DNA of 64,000 nt, from positions 2,656,001-2,720,000 of the forward strand of contig OZ244252.1 in NCBI GenBank assembly GCA_965217185.1, read 5' to 3'. The notes below the pieces were generated by a model. It ran no database searches, had not been told where the DNA came from, and worked only from the letters and a program-made list of their open reading frames with translations. Below are positions 19,108 through 28,946 of the stretch, in pieces; position 1 is the stretch's first letter; every line of letters starts with the position of its first letter. Both the position numbers and the translations under genes were made by a program. This stretch comes from an uncultured Candidatus Entotheonella sp. GTDB taxonomy: Bacteria > Tectomicrobia > Entotheonellia > Entotheonellales > Entotheonellaceae.

Positions 19108-19587
19108 ATGACCGTAGAGGAAATCGCCAAGCGATTGCTGGCTCAGGGCAGGCGGGTGTCGGTGGCGGAAGCCGATACCTGCGGGCTGGTCGGCTACCTG
19201 CTGAGCACGGTGCCGGGCAGCTCGAAGTACTTTCCCGGCGGTGTGATTGCCTACACCGGCGGCCTCAAACAGAGCATCCTGGGCGTGCCCGACGAGCTGT
19301 ACAACGCCAAGGGCAGCGTCAGCCCCGAGGTGGCGAGCGCCATGGCCAAGGGCGTGCGCGACCTGACGGGCACCGACTACGGCCTGTCGGTGACGGGCGT
19401 GGCCGGTCCGGCGGGCGGCCAGCCCGGCGTACCCATCGGCACCTTCTACGTGGCGGTGGCCGGTCCCGACGGCCTCGACGCGGCGGAACGCATCCAGGCG
19501 GACGCGGCCGACCGCGACGGCAACAAGCGCCAAGCGGCTCAGGCCGTCTTGGATCTACTTGGCCGCCATCTGCCAGCGTCCGAATAA
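19108..19587 (+). CDS. CinA C-terminal/PncC (NMN deamidase)-like protein with an atypical active site
   Basis: VPGSSKYFPGGVIAY, GSVSPEVASAMAKG, SVTGVAGP; the AESCTGG motif reads AEADTCG. Confidence 0.85.
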   Translation: MTVEEIAKRLLAQGRRVSVAEADTCGLVGYLLSTVPGSSKYFPGGVIAYTGGLKQSILGVPDELYNAKGSVSPEVASAMAKGVRDLTGTDYGLSVTGVAGPAGGQPGVPIGTFYVAVAGPDGLDAAERIQADAADRDGNKRQAAQAVLDLLGRHLPASE

Positions 19588-19607
19588 GGCGGGCTTGCCA
19601 GCTTCAG

Positions 19608-19949
19608 CTACCAGTCCACCAGATGCGGTTTTTGCTGCTGCCAGCCGGCGTCAGAGGGAAAGACGGTATTCATTGGGATGGCCTGCGTATCGCCGTCGAA
19701 CCAGTCTTGCACGGTCTCCCGCCATTTGATGTAGTGCGGTGCGTTGCGGTGGGCGGTCAGGTGGTCGTCTTGCGTGGCGTAGACCTCATACAGGTAGAAC
19801 GTGTTGGGGTCGGACGGGCTCTGGTGAATGTCGAACCGCAGGCAGCCGGGCTCGTCGCGCACCGACCCCTGAGCGTCCCCCAGGCTGGCCTCCTTGAACT
19901 GCTCCGAAAACCCCGGTTTGATCTTGATGGTCACGAAGATGGCGTACAT
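19608..19949 (-). CDS. ABM-domain / LsrG-like putative monooxygenase
   Basis: SVRDEPGCLRFDI..FYLYEVY..AHR.APHY pattern. Confidence 0.85.
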   Translation of the reverse strand: MYAIFVTIKIKPGFSEQFKEASLGDAQGSVRDEPGCLRFDIHQSPSDPNTFYLYEVYATQDDHLTAHRNAPHYIKWRETVQDWFDGDTQAIPMNTVFPSDAGWQQQKPHLVDW

Positions 19950-20075
19950 GGCTGATCCCTTCTCGTTCTGGGCGCGGTTAATTGGGTGGTCGAAATCCGG
20001 TGCTGCCTTGGTGTGAAGCCGTTGAGCGGCTGGCCATTATAGGGACGGGCCGATAGCCGAACAAGAGTTGGGCCG

Positions 20076-20678
20076 TTATCTATCCATGGTGTTGGCAAGC
20101 TTTTGTAAACCATTAATCGCGCGGCGAAGACTCTCAGCGTGCTCGGCAGCCACTTCAGGCTGCCAGCGTTCCTGGACGTACTCGATAAGTCTCGCCGCGT
20201 ATGCCGGCCCCACGCGGCGTCCGCTGTTCTCCCGCGGCACGATGTCGCTGCGGATATCCCTGCTCCGAGAGCCACGCGCCAAGTTGACCATCACGTCTTT
20301 CGGGTACTGCAATTTCTCGGGCTCTTCGGGGACATCGCCGGCCTTTATGCGCAGATAGTGTGCCAGCGTTTGCTTGTCTGCTATCAGCCATGCCTCGATC
20401 TCGCGCACGGCAATCCGGAAGCAAAGATTCGGCGCGGGGGCTGGCACCCAGGCGTTGCGTATTGGCGGCGCGCAATCGGCATCATTATCGAGATCGACAA
20501 GCACAACCCACGGTGTGAAGTGTGCCGCATTGTTATAGCCCTTGATCTTCTCCCGCAACGCGGGCTTGCCGTTCCTCCCGTACACCGCGCCGGCTTGTCC
20601 CCCTGTGTGGGCGATGAGCCGCCGCACAACCGCTTCATCAACGATACCTTCAACCGCTGCTTGGATGGTCGTAAGCAT
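20076..20678 (-). CDS. DUF4276-like TOPRIM-fold protein
   Basis: VEGIVDE, VLVDLD, VREIEAWLIAD acidic motifs; directly downstream of the ATPase. Confidence 0.7.
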   Translation of the reverse strand: MLTTIQAAVEGIVDEAVVRRLIAHTGGQAGAVYGRNGKPALREKIKGYNNAAHFTPWVVLVDLDNDADCAPPIRNAWVPAPAPNLCFRIAVREIEAWLIADKQTLAHYLRIKAGDVPEEPEKLQYPKDVMVNLARGSRSRDIRSDIVPRENSGRRVGPAYAARLIEYVQERWQPEVAAEHAESLRRAINGLQKLANTMDR

Positions 20679-20686
20679 AAGCAGGT

Positions 20687-21838
20687 TCAGACATTCAACA
20701 AGAGGGAGAGTTGCTCCCCTTGCTGAGGCCGCGTCTGAGGAATGACGATGTCTGCGAGCGAGAGGCCGCCGGCCAGGAGTTCACTGACTTGCGGCAGAAA
20801 TTCAGCGGGCGTTATCCTGGCACCTCCCGTTTTGGGTACGATGAGGAGGGCCTCGTTAAGGCCGATTCCTTCATCTCGCAGTAACTCCGGTGAGTGAGTG
20901 CTTAAGAAGATCTGCTGGCCAGTTTTGCGTTGAACGCGGGCGAACATCTGGGGCAATACACGCACGATTTCCTGATGGAGAGACAGTTCCGGTTCTTCGA
21001 GCAGCAATACGCCTCCCCTCTCCATGATTGCCCACAGAAGCCCCATGAGCCGCAACGTGCCGTCAGAAAGCTGCTCCTCCGTCTGCCAAGCTCCCTGGGG
21101 CCGCCAATGTTGGTATTTGGCCCGGAGGTGCGGTGTGCCGCGATCATCCCGCCACAACTCGATCTCTTCAAGTTGGGGGACCGCGACCCTGAGGGCATTC
21201 CGTATGCGTTTAAGCCGTGAATTGCGAGTTGGGGCTGGTGTCTTCGTTACCTGCTCTAGGAAATCCCCGCCAAAGGGGTCGTTCAACCGACCGACGGAGC
21301 GGTCGGGCTCACGTACGAGTTGCGGGACGATGTGCAGATAACGGATTGAGGTGAAGAACTCTACAAGTTCACGAAACGATGCGTTGGCATTTATCTGCTC
21401 AAGGTATGTCTGTCGCAAACGCACGGAATCGCTTTTATCATCGCCTTCGGGTCGGTCAACTAGCACGTTCCCGTCGTGTAAGACGCGTTCACTGCGAAGT
21501 AGCGGGCGACGTTGTGCATCCTGATGGAAGGCGATCTCATACCTCCATCGAGAACCTTTCCTGTCATCCTGTAATTCGACATGGATTTCGACATCCGGCC
21601 TCTGACGAGCCGCCAGGCACCGGATGGCGCTCGTTCCGCCGCGCCGGGTGACGGCTTCGTGAAAACCGCCGCCAGGGGAAGCGAGATCACGCAGGAATCG
21701 AAAAGCATCCAGGAAGTTTGATTTCCCCGCCGCGTTAGCGCCTACGAGAAAAACACGATCCCCTATGGCGACCTCGATATCGAGAAAGTTCTTCCAATTT
21801 CGCAAGCGAAGTTTCCGAATCTTCAGGTCATCGCTCAT
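20687..21838 (-). CDS. AAA_21/AAA_15-type ABC-like ATPase
   Basis: LRNWKNF, Walker A GANAAGKS, LSDGT signature, LLLEEPE, STHS; likely start MSDDLKI at 21838. Confidence 0.9.
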   Translation of the reverse strand: MSDDLKIRKLRLRNWKNFLDIEVAIGDRVFLVGANAAGKSNFLDAFRFLRDLASPGGGFHEAVTRRGGTSAIRCLAARQRPDVEIHVELQDDRKGSRWRYEIAFHQDAQRRPLLRSERVLHDGNVLVDRPEGDDKSDSVRLRQTYLEQINANASFRELVEFFTSIRYLHIVPQLVREPDRSVGRLNDPFGGDFLEQVTKTPAPTRNSRLKRIRNALRVAVPQLEEIELWRDDRGTPHLRAKYQHWRPQGAWQTEEQLSDGTLRLMGLLWAIMERGGVLLLEEPELSLHQEIVRVLPQMFARVQRKTGQQIFLSTHSPELLRDEGIGLNEALLIVPKTGGARITPAEFLPQVSELLAGGLSLADIVIPQTRPQQGEQLSLLLNV

Positions 21839-22053
21839 GTCGCCAGATCCTTCTTGGATCGATCCTGTTGTTGCTTCGATTCCGCCTGTGGGGCCCTGAC
21901 AAGGTGCGCCAGCCGTGTTGCCGATATCAAGATCAGGCAGCCTACGCCACTTTCTGCAATTGGCCAAAGCTTTGTTGACCGCCCTGCGTATAACGTCGTC
22001 TCTCTGCTATGGCAAGTAGACGTTCGGTTTCAATCAGAAACTGGGAGGCGAAG

Positions 22054-23088
22054 TTACTCGATCCCTGCAGCTAACAGCTTGACAATCTCGTCGCGTGCGA
22101 AGCTTGGCAATTGCCGCGTGGCGTCCTGGCTACACAAGAGCAGGCCGTCGTCGGGTGTCACGACCCTGCCGATGTCATAGCAGGCGATACCCGCGGCGTT
22201 GCACGCCTGGATGGCGTTGGCGGCCTGTACCGCCGGAACTGTGGCCACCAGAGCACCGGAGGCGATGACGCCCAGGGGATCGAGCCCGAAGGCATCGCAA
22301 AGCATACGGCCTTCCGGCAGCAGCGGCAGTTGATCGGCCTGCAGGCGTAGCCCGACGTTGGAAGCGTTGGCCAGTTCCCGCAGGCCGGTCGCCACGCCGC
22401 CCTCGGTGGGATCGTGCATGGCGTGCACCTCAACCGCCTGTTGCAGTACGGCGGCGTCCCTGACCACGCTGATTCCCGGATCGAACAGCAGTCCCTGCCA
22501 GCAGGCGATGTCGCTCGCCGCGAAGCCCTGAGCGGCCAATTGCGCCGCCCGTTCGCGGGCAATGATGGCGCTGCCCTCCAGCGGATACCCCTTGGTGAGC
22601 AAGACGGCATCGCCGACCTGCGCCCCGGCGCTTGTCACCAACGCCTGGCGCGTCGTCTCGCCCAGCATCTGGCCGCAGATGAGCGGCCGGTCCAGCCCCA
22701 GCGTGATCTCCGTATGCCCGCCGACGAGCGTCACCTGCAAAGCCCGGCACGCCTCGCGTATCTGCGCAAAAATGTCCCGCACCAAGTCCGGGGTGGTGCC
22801 CTTTTCCGGCAGCAGCAGCGTCGCCAGGAACCAGCGCGGCGTGCCGCCCATGCTGGCGATGTCGTTGGCGTTGACGTTGACGGCGTAATAGCCGATGGCG
22901 TCGGTGGCGAAGGTGATCGGGTCGGACTTGGCGATCAGCAACCGCTCGCCGAAGTCGATCACCGCGGCGTCCTCGCCGGGGCTCGGACCAATGAGCAGCC
23001 GCGGGTCGGCGGCCGGTTCCTGCTGCTGCAGAAGTTCTTCCAGCAGCGCTGCGGGGAGCTTTCCGGGTGGGAGAAATGGTGGTGCCAT
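22054..23088 (-). CDS. AIR-synthase-superfamily (HypE/ThiL-like) protein
   Basis: PGEDAAV, KSDPITF, NANDIASMGG, VGGHTE, MHDPTEGG. Confidence 0.88.
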   Translation of the reverse strand: MAPPFLPPGKLPAALLEELLQQQEPAADPRLLIGPSPGEDAAVIDFGERLLIAKSDPITFATDAIGYYAVNVNANDIASMGGTPRWFLATLLLPEKGTTPDLVRDIFAQIREACRALQVTLVGGHTEITLGLDRPLICGQMLGETTRQALVTSAGAQVGDAVLLTKGYPLEGSAIIARERAAQLAAQGFAASDIACWQGLLFDPGISVVRDAAVLQQAVEVHAMHDPTEGGVATGLRELANASNVGLRLQADQLPLLPEGRMLCDAFGLDPLGVIASGALVATVPAVQAANAIQACNAAGIACYDIGRVVTPDDGLLLCSQDATRQLPSFARDEIVKLLAAGIE

Positions 23089-23364
23089 AACGTTCCTTAT
23101 ATTGGAGGTTGCGAGCAGAATGATACTGAAAAGCCTGATTTTGTGTGTCGCAAAATGACGTGCTACCCTTTGTTTGTAGAGCCAACGACGAACGATTCAT
23201 CGCGTGGTGGACGGCGAAGCGCCTTGACGGAAAGGGCAGGACGGCATAAACGAACCGCAACGTATCTGGATTGCCGAAATGCAGACCCACAGCCGCGAGT
23301 TCGTCGCGCGCATTGAAGCGAAAACCGAGTTGGAATTGCTGTGGATGATGGCAAAGGGAGAGCA

Positions 23365-25836
23365 ATGAGCAGCGAGGTCTACACCCCCGCAGAGATCGAA
23401 GGCAAGTGGCGGCGGCGTTGGGAAGAAAGCGGCGTGCACCGGGTGCGCGACGATGACCCGCGGCCCAAGTATTACTGCCTGGACATGTTTCCGTACCCGT
23501 CCGGCTCGGGGCTGCACGTCGGGCACTGGCGCGGCTATGTTCTTTCCGACGTATGGACCCGCTACAAAACGCTGCAGGGCTATTCCGTGCTGCATCCCAT
23601 GGGGTGGGACGCCTTCGGCCTACCCGCCGAGAACGACGCCATCAAGAAGGGCATCCATCCGCGCCTCGGCACCGATCAGAACATCAAGACCTTCCGCCGC
23701 CAACTCGACGAGATCGGCGCCATGTACGACTGGTCGCGCGAGATCGACACCACCGATCCGGCCTATTACCGCTGGACGCAGTGGATCTTCCTGCAGATGC
23801 ACGAACGCGGCCTGGCCTACAAAGCCTCCATGCCGATCAACTGGTGCCCGAGCTGCAAGTGCGGCCTGGCCAACGAAGAAGTGGTGGACGGCGCCTGCGA
23901 GCGCTGCGGCACGCTGGTGACCGAGAAAGAGATGAGCCAGTGGATGCTGCGCATCACCCATTATGCCGAGCGCCTGCTGCGCGATCTCGACAAGCTCGAC
24001 TGGCCGGAGAAAGTCAAGACGATGCAGGCCAACTGGATCGGCCGCAGCGAGGGCGCCACCATCCGGTTCACGGCGGTATCGGCACAGGACGACAGCGAGC
24101 ACGAATTGCCTGTCTTCACCACCCGTCCGGATACCCTTTTCGGTGCCACCTACATGGTGCTGGCCCCGGAGCACCCGCTCGTCCACATCCTATGCGCCCC
24201 CGAGCAGACCGAGGCCGTCCGGCGCTACATCGACAAAAGCCGCCAGCAGACCGACGTCGAGCGCACCAACGTGAAGCAGGAGAAGACCGGCGTCGATCTC
24301 GGCGCCGGCGCCATCAATCCGGTCAACGGCGCCCGCATCCCTATCTGGATCGCCGATTACGTCCTCATGGGCTACGGCACCGGCGCCATCATGGCGGTGC
24401 CGGCGCACGACGACAGGGACTTCGAGTTTGCCACCGTCTTCGGCCTGCCGATCATCGAGGTGATCGCCCACCCGGATAGCCCGAAGGATGCCGACGGCCA
24501 GTTGACCGAGGCTTACGTCGGGCCCGGCAACATGGTCAACTCCGGCGAGTTCGACGGCCTGCCGTGGGAAGAAGGCAAGCGCCGCGTGGTGGCCTGGCTC
24601 GCCGAGGGCGGCCAAGCCGAGGCGACGGTCAACTACCGCATGCGCGACTGGATATTCTCGCGCCAGCGCTACTGGGGCGAGCCGATCCCGATCGTCCACT
24701 GCGACGCCTGTGGCGAGGTGCGGGTGCCGGAGGCCGACCTGCCGGTGCTGCTGCCCCACGTCGAGCGCTACGAGCCCACCGGCACCGGGGATTCGCCTCT
24801 GGCTGCGATCACCGAATGGCTTCAGGTGGTCTGCCCCACCTGCGGCGGCCCGGCAACGCGTGAAACCGACACCATGCCGCAATGGGCGGGCTCCTGCTGG
24901 TACTTCCTGCGCTACGCCTCGCCGGACTGCGACACCGCCCTCGTCGCTCCCGATGCGGTACGCGACTGGTTGCCGGTCGATCTGTACGTCGGCGGCATCG
25001 AGCACGCCATCCTGCACCTGCTGTACGCCCGCTTTTTCGTCAAGTTCCTCCATGACATCGACGCCGTTCCGTTCGATGAGCCGTTCAGCCGCCTGTTCAA
25101 CCAAGGCATGATCGTGCGCCGCTCCGAGATCACCGGAAAGCTGGAGAAAATGTCCAAATCCAAGGGCAACGTGGTCAATCCCGACGATCTGGTCGGCAGT
25201 TACGGCACCGATTCGGTGCGCCTCTACGAACTGTTCATCGGGCCGCCGGAGGAGAGTTCGGAGTGGAGCGACCGGGGCATCGAAGGGATGTACCGCTTCC
25301 TGCGCCGTGCCTGGAATTGGGTGCTCGGCGCTGCGCCGGACGCCGACGGCACAACAGCGGACGAGGTCACGCGGCCGTTGCACGTCATGCTCAAAAACGT
25401 CAGCGAGCGGCTGGAGAGTTTCCGCTTCAACACCGCCATAAGCGCCATGATGGAGTTCCTCAACGCCGTCACCAAGCCGGAGGTCGCCGACAAGCCCGTC
25501 GGGCGCGACACCCTGCGCGCCTTTCTGATTGCCCTGGCGCCGTTCGCGCCGCACGTGACGGAGGAGTTATGGGAGCGGCTGGGCGAGGACAGCAGCATTT
25601 TCCGACAGCGCTTTCCCGCCTATGATGAAACGCTGACGCAGGTGAGCGAGGCGGTGCTGGCGGTGCAGATCAACGGCAAGGTGCGCGGCACCGTGACCGT
25701 GGCGACCGACAGTCCCGAGACGGTCGTCCAGGCAGCCGCCCTGGCGGACGCCAAACTGCAGCGCCATGTCAACGGCAAGTCGATCGTCAAGACCATTTTC
25801 GTGCCGAATCGCATTCTCAACCTCATCGTGCGGTAG
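23365..25836 (+). CDS. leuS: Leucine--tRNA ligase
   Basis: MFPYPSGSGLHVGH, GWDAFGLPAEN, TTRPDT, SRQRYWG, KMSKS. Confidence 0.98.
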   Translation: MSSEVYTPAEIEGKWRRRWEESGVHRVRDDDPRPKYYCLDMFPYPSGSGLHVGHWRGYVLSDVWTRYKTLQGYSVLHPMGWDAFGLPAENDAIKKGIHPRLGTDQNIKTFRRQLDEIGAMYDWSREIDTTDPAYYRWTQWIFLQMHERGLAYKASMPINWCPSCKCGLANEEVVDGACERCGTLVTEKEMSQWMLRITHYAERLLRDLDKLDWPEKVKTMQANWIGRSEGATIRFTAVSAQDDSEHELPVFTTRPDTLFGATYMVLAPEHPLVHILCAPEQTEAVRRYIDKSRQQTDVERTNVKQEKTGVDLGAGAINPVNGARIPIWIADYVLMGYGTGAIMAVPAHDDRDFEFATVFGLPIIEVIAHPDSPKDADGQLTEAYVGPGNMVNSGEFDGLPWEEGKRRVVAWLAEGGQAEATVNYRMRDWIFSRQRYWGEPIPIVHCDACGEVRVPEADLPVLLPHVERYEPTGTGDSPLAAITEWLQVVCPTCGGPATRETDTMPQWAGSCWYFLRYASPDCDTALVAPDAVRDWLPVDLYVGGIEHAILHLLYARFFVKFLHDIDAVPFDEPFSRLFNQGMIVRRSEITGKLEKMSKSKGNVVNPDDLVGSYGTDSVRLYELFIGPPEESSEWSDRGIEGMYRFLRRAWNWVLGAAPDADGTTADEVTRPLHVMLKNVSERLESFRFNTAISAMMEFLNAVTKPEVADKPVGRDTLRAFLIALAPFAPHVTEELWERLGEDSSIFRQRFPAYDETLTQVSEAVLAVQINGKVRGTVTVATDSPETVVQAAALADAKLQRHVNGKSIVKTIFVPNRILNLIVR

Positions 25837-25946
25837 GTAGTCTTCGCGGGCCTATTTTCAAGAAAACTCCACAGAGGAGCGTCGGATTACGATTCGCTAG
25901 ACCATTTCCGCATCGGATTGCAACGAAAGCCATCAGGGACCTAAAG

Positions 25947-26056
25947 CCCCTCTCCCTAGCCCTCCCCGCGGAGGGGGGAGGGGAACCCAAGTTAACCCGC
26001 CAACGCAAAGGGGTTTACTCCCTCTCCCCTGGAGGGAGAGGGTTGGGGTGAGGGGG
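25947..26056. repeat. ~110 bp CCCTC-rich composite inverted repeat (REPIN/MITE-like), flanked by REP fragments
   Basis: CCCCTCTCCCTAGCCCTCCCC...GGGAGAGGGTTGGGGTGAGGGG; reverse-complement homologue at 55227-55346; REP halves at 25881-25899 and 26095-26108. Confidence 0.75.
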
Positions 26057-26116
26057 AAGCGCCGGCTATCAAGCCATTTTGATCCGGAAGTGCTCTGATC
26101 CGACCTACATCCCATC

Positions 26117-27124
26117 ATGATGGTGCGTGAACTCGGGGAATTTGCCCTGCTGGCGCGCTTACAGCGGCGGCTGAAGCAGGCCAATGCGCCGCCGGTTGTG
26201 CGCGGTATTGGCGACGACTGCGCGGTGTTGCGTCCTGCTGACAGACACGACCTGCTGGTCACGACGGACACGCAGGAAGAAGGCGTGCACTTCCGGCGCG
26301 ACTGGTCAACGCCGCAGGATATCGGCTGGCGCTGCCTAGCGGTGAACGTCAGCGACATCGCGGCCATGGGCGGCGTGCCGCTGGGGGCGGTTGTGGCGCT
26401 ATCACTGCCGGAAACGCTGGCGGTGACGTTCGTCGAGGCGATGTACGACGGCATGAGCGCCCTGGCCAAGGCTTACGACTGCCCGATCATCGGCGGTAAC
26501 ATCAGCAAATCCACCGAACGGCTGTCGGTGACCATCACCGTGCTCGGTTCGACGCCGCAGGGCACCGCCGCGTACCGAGCTTCGGCCCGTGCCGGCGATG
26601 CCATCTGGGTCACCGGCGACCTCGGCGGCGCCAAGGCCGGACTGGAAGCCCTGATCCATCCGCAAGCAGTGATTGGACTGCCCACCGATACGGTGCTGGC
26701 GCGCTACCGGCGTCCCCGGCCACGGCTGCGGGAAGCGCAATTTTTACGGCAGCACGGCGCGCGTAGCCTGATTGATCTCAGCGACGGCTTATCGAGCGAC
26801 TTGGCGCACATTTGCGAGGCCAGCGGCGTGGGCGCACAGTTGCATGCCGAACGCATCCCGATCGGCGATGAAACGCGCCGGGTGGCCGGCGCCCTCGGCC
26901 TGGACGCGCTCACGTTTGCCCTGCACGGTGGCGAGGATTTCGAGCTGTGCCTGACGACGCCGCCCGACGCCGCGATGCCGTTGGAACAGGGCTTCCGCGA
27001 CCAATTCGACTGCCCATTGACCCGTATCGGCACCATCCAGGCCGGCACCGGCGTCACGCTTCGCTACCCGGACGGGACCGAAGAATCCCTGGCCGCCGGC
27101 GGTTACGATCATTTCCACGAATAG
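26117..27124 (+). CDS. thiL: Thiamine-monophosphate kinase
   Basis: GEFALL, GIGDDCAV, AVNVSDIAAMGG, IDLSDGL, GGEDFEL, GYDHF. Confidence 0.95.
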   Translation: MMVRELGEFALLARLQRRLKQANAPPVVRGIGDDCAVLRPADRHDLLVTTDTQEEGVHFRRDWSTPQDIGWRCLAVNVSDIAAMGGVPLGAVVALSLPETLAVTFVEAMYDGMSALAKAYDCPIIGGNISKSTERLSVTITVLGSTPQGTAAYRASARAGDAIWVTGDLGGAKAGLEALIHPQAVIGLPTDTVLARYRRPRPRLREAQFLRQHGARSLIDLSDGLSSDLAHICEASGVGAQLHAERIPIGDETRRVAGALGLDALTFALHGGEDFELCLTTPPDAAMPLEQGFRDQFDCPLTRIGTIQAGTGVTLRYPDGTEESLAAGGYDHFHE

Positions 27125-27211
27125 GGACGCTTGCATGGGATTGGCAGATCGTTGACCTGGAGACCCTGGAACCGCCGCGCGGCTTCGGGCGCGACTGAGA
27201 GAAGGGGAAAT

Positions 27212-27520
27212 TTGGACTGGAAAACAGTCAGTCACAACGTGTTGTTGGCAGGCTTGTTCGTCGCCATGGTGACCATGTTCAACCAAGTCAACGGAAGACT
27301 GGACGCCATGAATGGGCGTATTGACGCCCTGAATGAACGCATGGATCGCATGCAGGCTGAAAACAATGGGAGGTTCGACGAAATGCAGGCGGAAATGAAC
27401 CGCCGGTTCGACCGGATCGACCAACGGTTCGACCAGATATTCGAGGTGCTGCGCGTCTTCGAGGGACGCATCACGCGCCTCGAAGAGAAAGCCGGGATTG
27501 GCCCCGAAAACGCCGAATAA
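27212..27520 (+). CDS. Small N-terminal TM + coiled-coil protein
   Basis: TTG after AAGGGG; heptad-like R(L/I/M/F)D repeats. Confidence 0.7.
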   Translation: MDWKTVSHNVLLAGLFVAMVTMFNQVNGRLDAMNGRIDALNERMDRMQAENNGRFDEMQAEMNRRFDRIDQRFDQIFEVLRVFEGRITRLEEKAGIGPENAE

Positions 27521-27745
27521 CGAGTTTTCGGCCCCAGCGTATGGGCGCGGAATCGGCCGCTTCACCGGCGAGCGGCCGCTCGAAGTTTCCCACCTGGGGG
27601 CCGAAAGGCGGCGTTGTCCGGGGCTTTCTCCCCACCGATTGCGGGCAAAATCCCTCCAATCCCGGCATCCAGTGGGGCATTCTGTAGGTCTCCGGTGCCA
27701 AATCCCGCATCGCCAGTAACGGCGCGGGATTCCCGGGCGCGGCAA

Positions 27746-27773
27746 AGTTTACATATAAGCACTTATCGGAACA
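27746..27773. other. dif-like site 1 (XerD|XerC)
   Basis: AGTTTACATAT-aagcac-TTATCGGAACA. Confidence 0.75.
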
Positions 27774-27848
27774 TTGGGACATATCCTGGTAGTGTTTCCA
27801 GTTCCGTCCAGTGATTTTACAATCACCTTCTGACCGGAGGACAACAAG

Positions 27849-28160
27849 ATGTACCTGATGGCTAAAGTTCGAAGAAAGGGCATGGATAACAAGGTACAAG
27901 AGGCAATTGTGAATCCTGCGCACGTACGCTATGTCTTTGCTATGGAAAATGGCGGTTCATACATTGCATTCGGAGATGCGCATGATCCTAAGACAAAGGG
28001 AGTTACTCCACTAGGGATTTCCTCTCCAGATTCTGTTGAGGCAGTAATGAAGCGTCTCAATCATCCCTACTACGTCAATGTAAGGCTTCGAGCCGGAAGC
28101 CTGCTTTTGTCAGCAGCAGCAATCGTTGTTGCAATATGGTATTCGTCAGGTTCATGCTGA
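27849..28160 (+). CDS. Cassette 1: hypothetical protein with C-terminal TM helix
   Basis: GGAGG RBS; visibly lower GC than the flanks; lies between dif-like sites 1 and 2. Confidence 0.65.
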   Translation: MYLMAKVRRKGMDNKVQEAIVNPAHVRYVFAMENGGSYIAFGDAHDPKTKGVTPLGISSPDSVEAVMKRLNHPYYVNVRLRAGSLLLSAAAIVVAIWYSSGSC

Positions 28161-28208
28161 TCAGGTGCTGGCGCTGCTGGAAGAAGGGGCATTCTTCCGA
28201 GCGCTGCA

Positions 28209-28236
28209 AATTGACATAACCACCCTTATCGGAACC
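28209..28236. other. dif-like site 2 (XerD|XerC)
   Basis: AATTGACATAA-ccaccc-TTATCGGAACC (reverse strand: GGTTCCGATAA GGGTGG TTATGTCAATT). Confidence 0.85.
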
Positions 28237-28318
28237 TCGCGGCCGGCGCTTGAAGGCGCCTTCGAGTTGTCGCCTTCGGGGCTGGAAGCACTCAGCTCCC
28301 GTTTATCCCTACGCTGAT

Positions 28319-28519
28319 CTACCTCAGGAACACGCTCAGAAACGAGCCGGCGACTAACAGGATGACGATGCCGATTCCGAGCCAGACAGCACATCCGATC
28401 GCGCGCCAGGCGAATGCCTTGGCCTCCCGGTCGTTGCTGTCGCTGCTCCTGGTGCCTTCCTTATCCCCCCTGGGCGGCCGTTTTATATGGACGCACTCAA
28501 AGTTCACAGAATGAGACAT
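28319..28519 (-). CDS. Cassette 2: small hypothetical membrane protein (~66 aa)
   Basis: Internal ATG (MSHSVNF) of ORF 28319..28582; C-terminal hydrophobic helix. Confidence 0.45.
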   Translation of the reverse strand: MSHSVNFECVHIKRPPRGDKEGTRSSDSNDREAKAFAWRAIGCAVWLGIGIVILLVAGSFLSVFLR

Positions 28520-28581
28520 TATGTCGCCTTCGGGCGCAAAAAAGCCCCTCTGAGGAATGTCCTGGAGGGGCTCTGCAGGCA

Positions 28582-28610
28582 ACTTTGGGTAACCTTGGCT
28601 TATGTCAACT
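28582..28610. other. dif-like site 3 (XerC|XerD, inverted, 7 bp spacer)
   Basis: ACTTTGGGTAA-ccttggc-TTATGTCAACT. Confidence 0.6.
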
Positions 28611-28634
28611 TTGCCCGACTGTTCGGTTCAGTGT

Positions 28635-28946
28635 TCACGATTTGGCGCGGGCTGGGCCCTGCTTCGCTTCCATGTAACTGCGCAGGACCGCATTGATACG
28701 CGTCTGATACCCGCGTCCCTGGGACTTGAAGAACTCAAGCACATCCCTGTCAATGCGAACCGAGATGATTTGCTTTGACGGCGGCATTACGATCCTCGCC
28801 TGCGACCAGTCGACCTCTCCTTCCTCTGGGTCCACTTCAGGCTCCACACCTGCGGCATCCTGCTTCTCAAGCCACTCCCAATCTGTCTCGCCCTTATGGA
28901 GGTTCGCCTCCGCTAAGGACATACGCGTGATATTCTCCCCGCTCAT
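28635..28946 (-). CDS. brnA: BrnA antitoxin
   Basis: KQIISVRIDRDVLEFFKSQGRGYQTRINAVLRSYM ribbon-helix-helix C-terminus; TDW motif. Confidence 0.92.
   Translation of the reverse strand: MSGENITRMSLAEANLHKGETDWEWLEKQDAAGVEPEVDPEEGEVDWSQARIVMPPSKQIISVRIDRDVLEFFKSQGRGYQTRINAVLRSYMEAKQGPARAKS

Noticed and set aside
17971..19533. Long antisense ORFs (also 24190-25554, 40259-41755, 57119-58810 and others)
   Set aside because: Shadow frames of well-supported genes in GC-rich DNA, with no motifs.
23080..23107. ATAA-N6-TTAT resembling a dif site
   Set aside because: The outer arm bases do not match, and the pattern is explained by the RBS and start codon of the AIR-synthase-like gene.
23160..23364. 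T-box leader before leuS
   Set aside because: No convincing T-box consensus or terminator/antiterminator pair.
27521..27745. Integron attC site or tRNA at the island's left edge
   Set aside because: Hairpins exist but lack RYYYAAC/GTTRRRY ends and a cloverleaf; there is no intI in the window.
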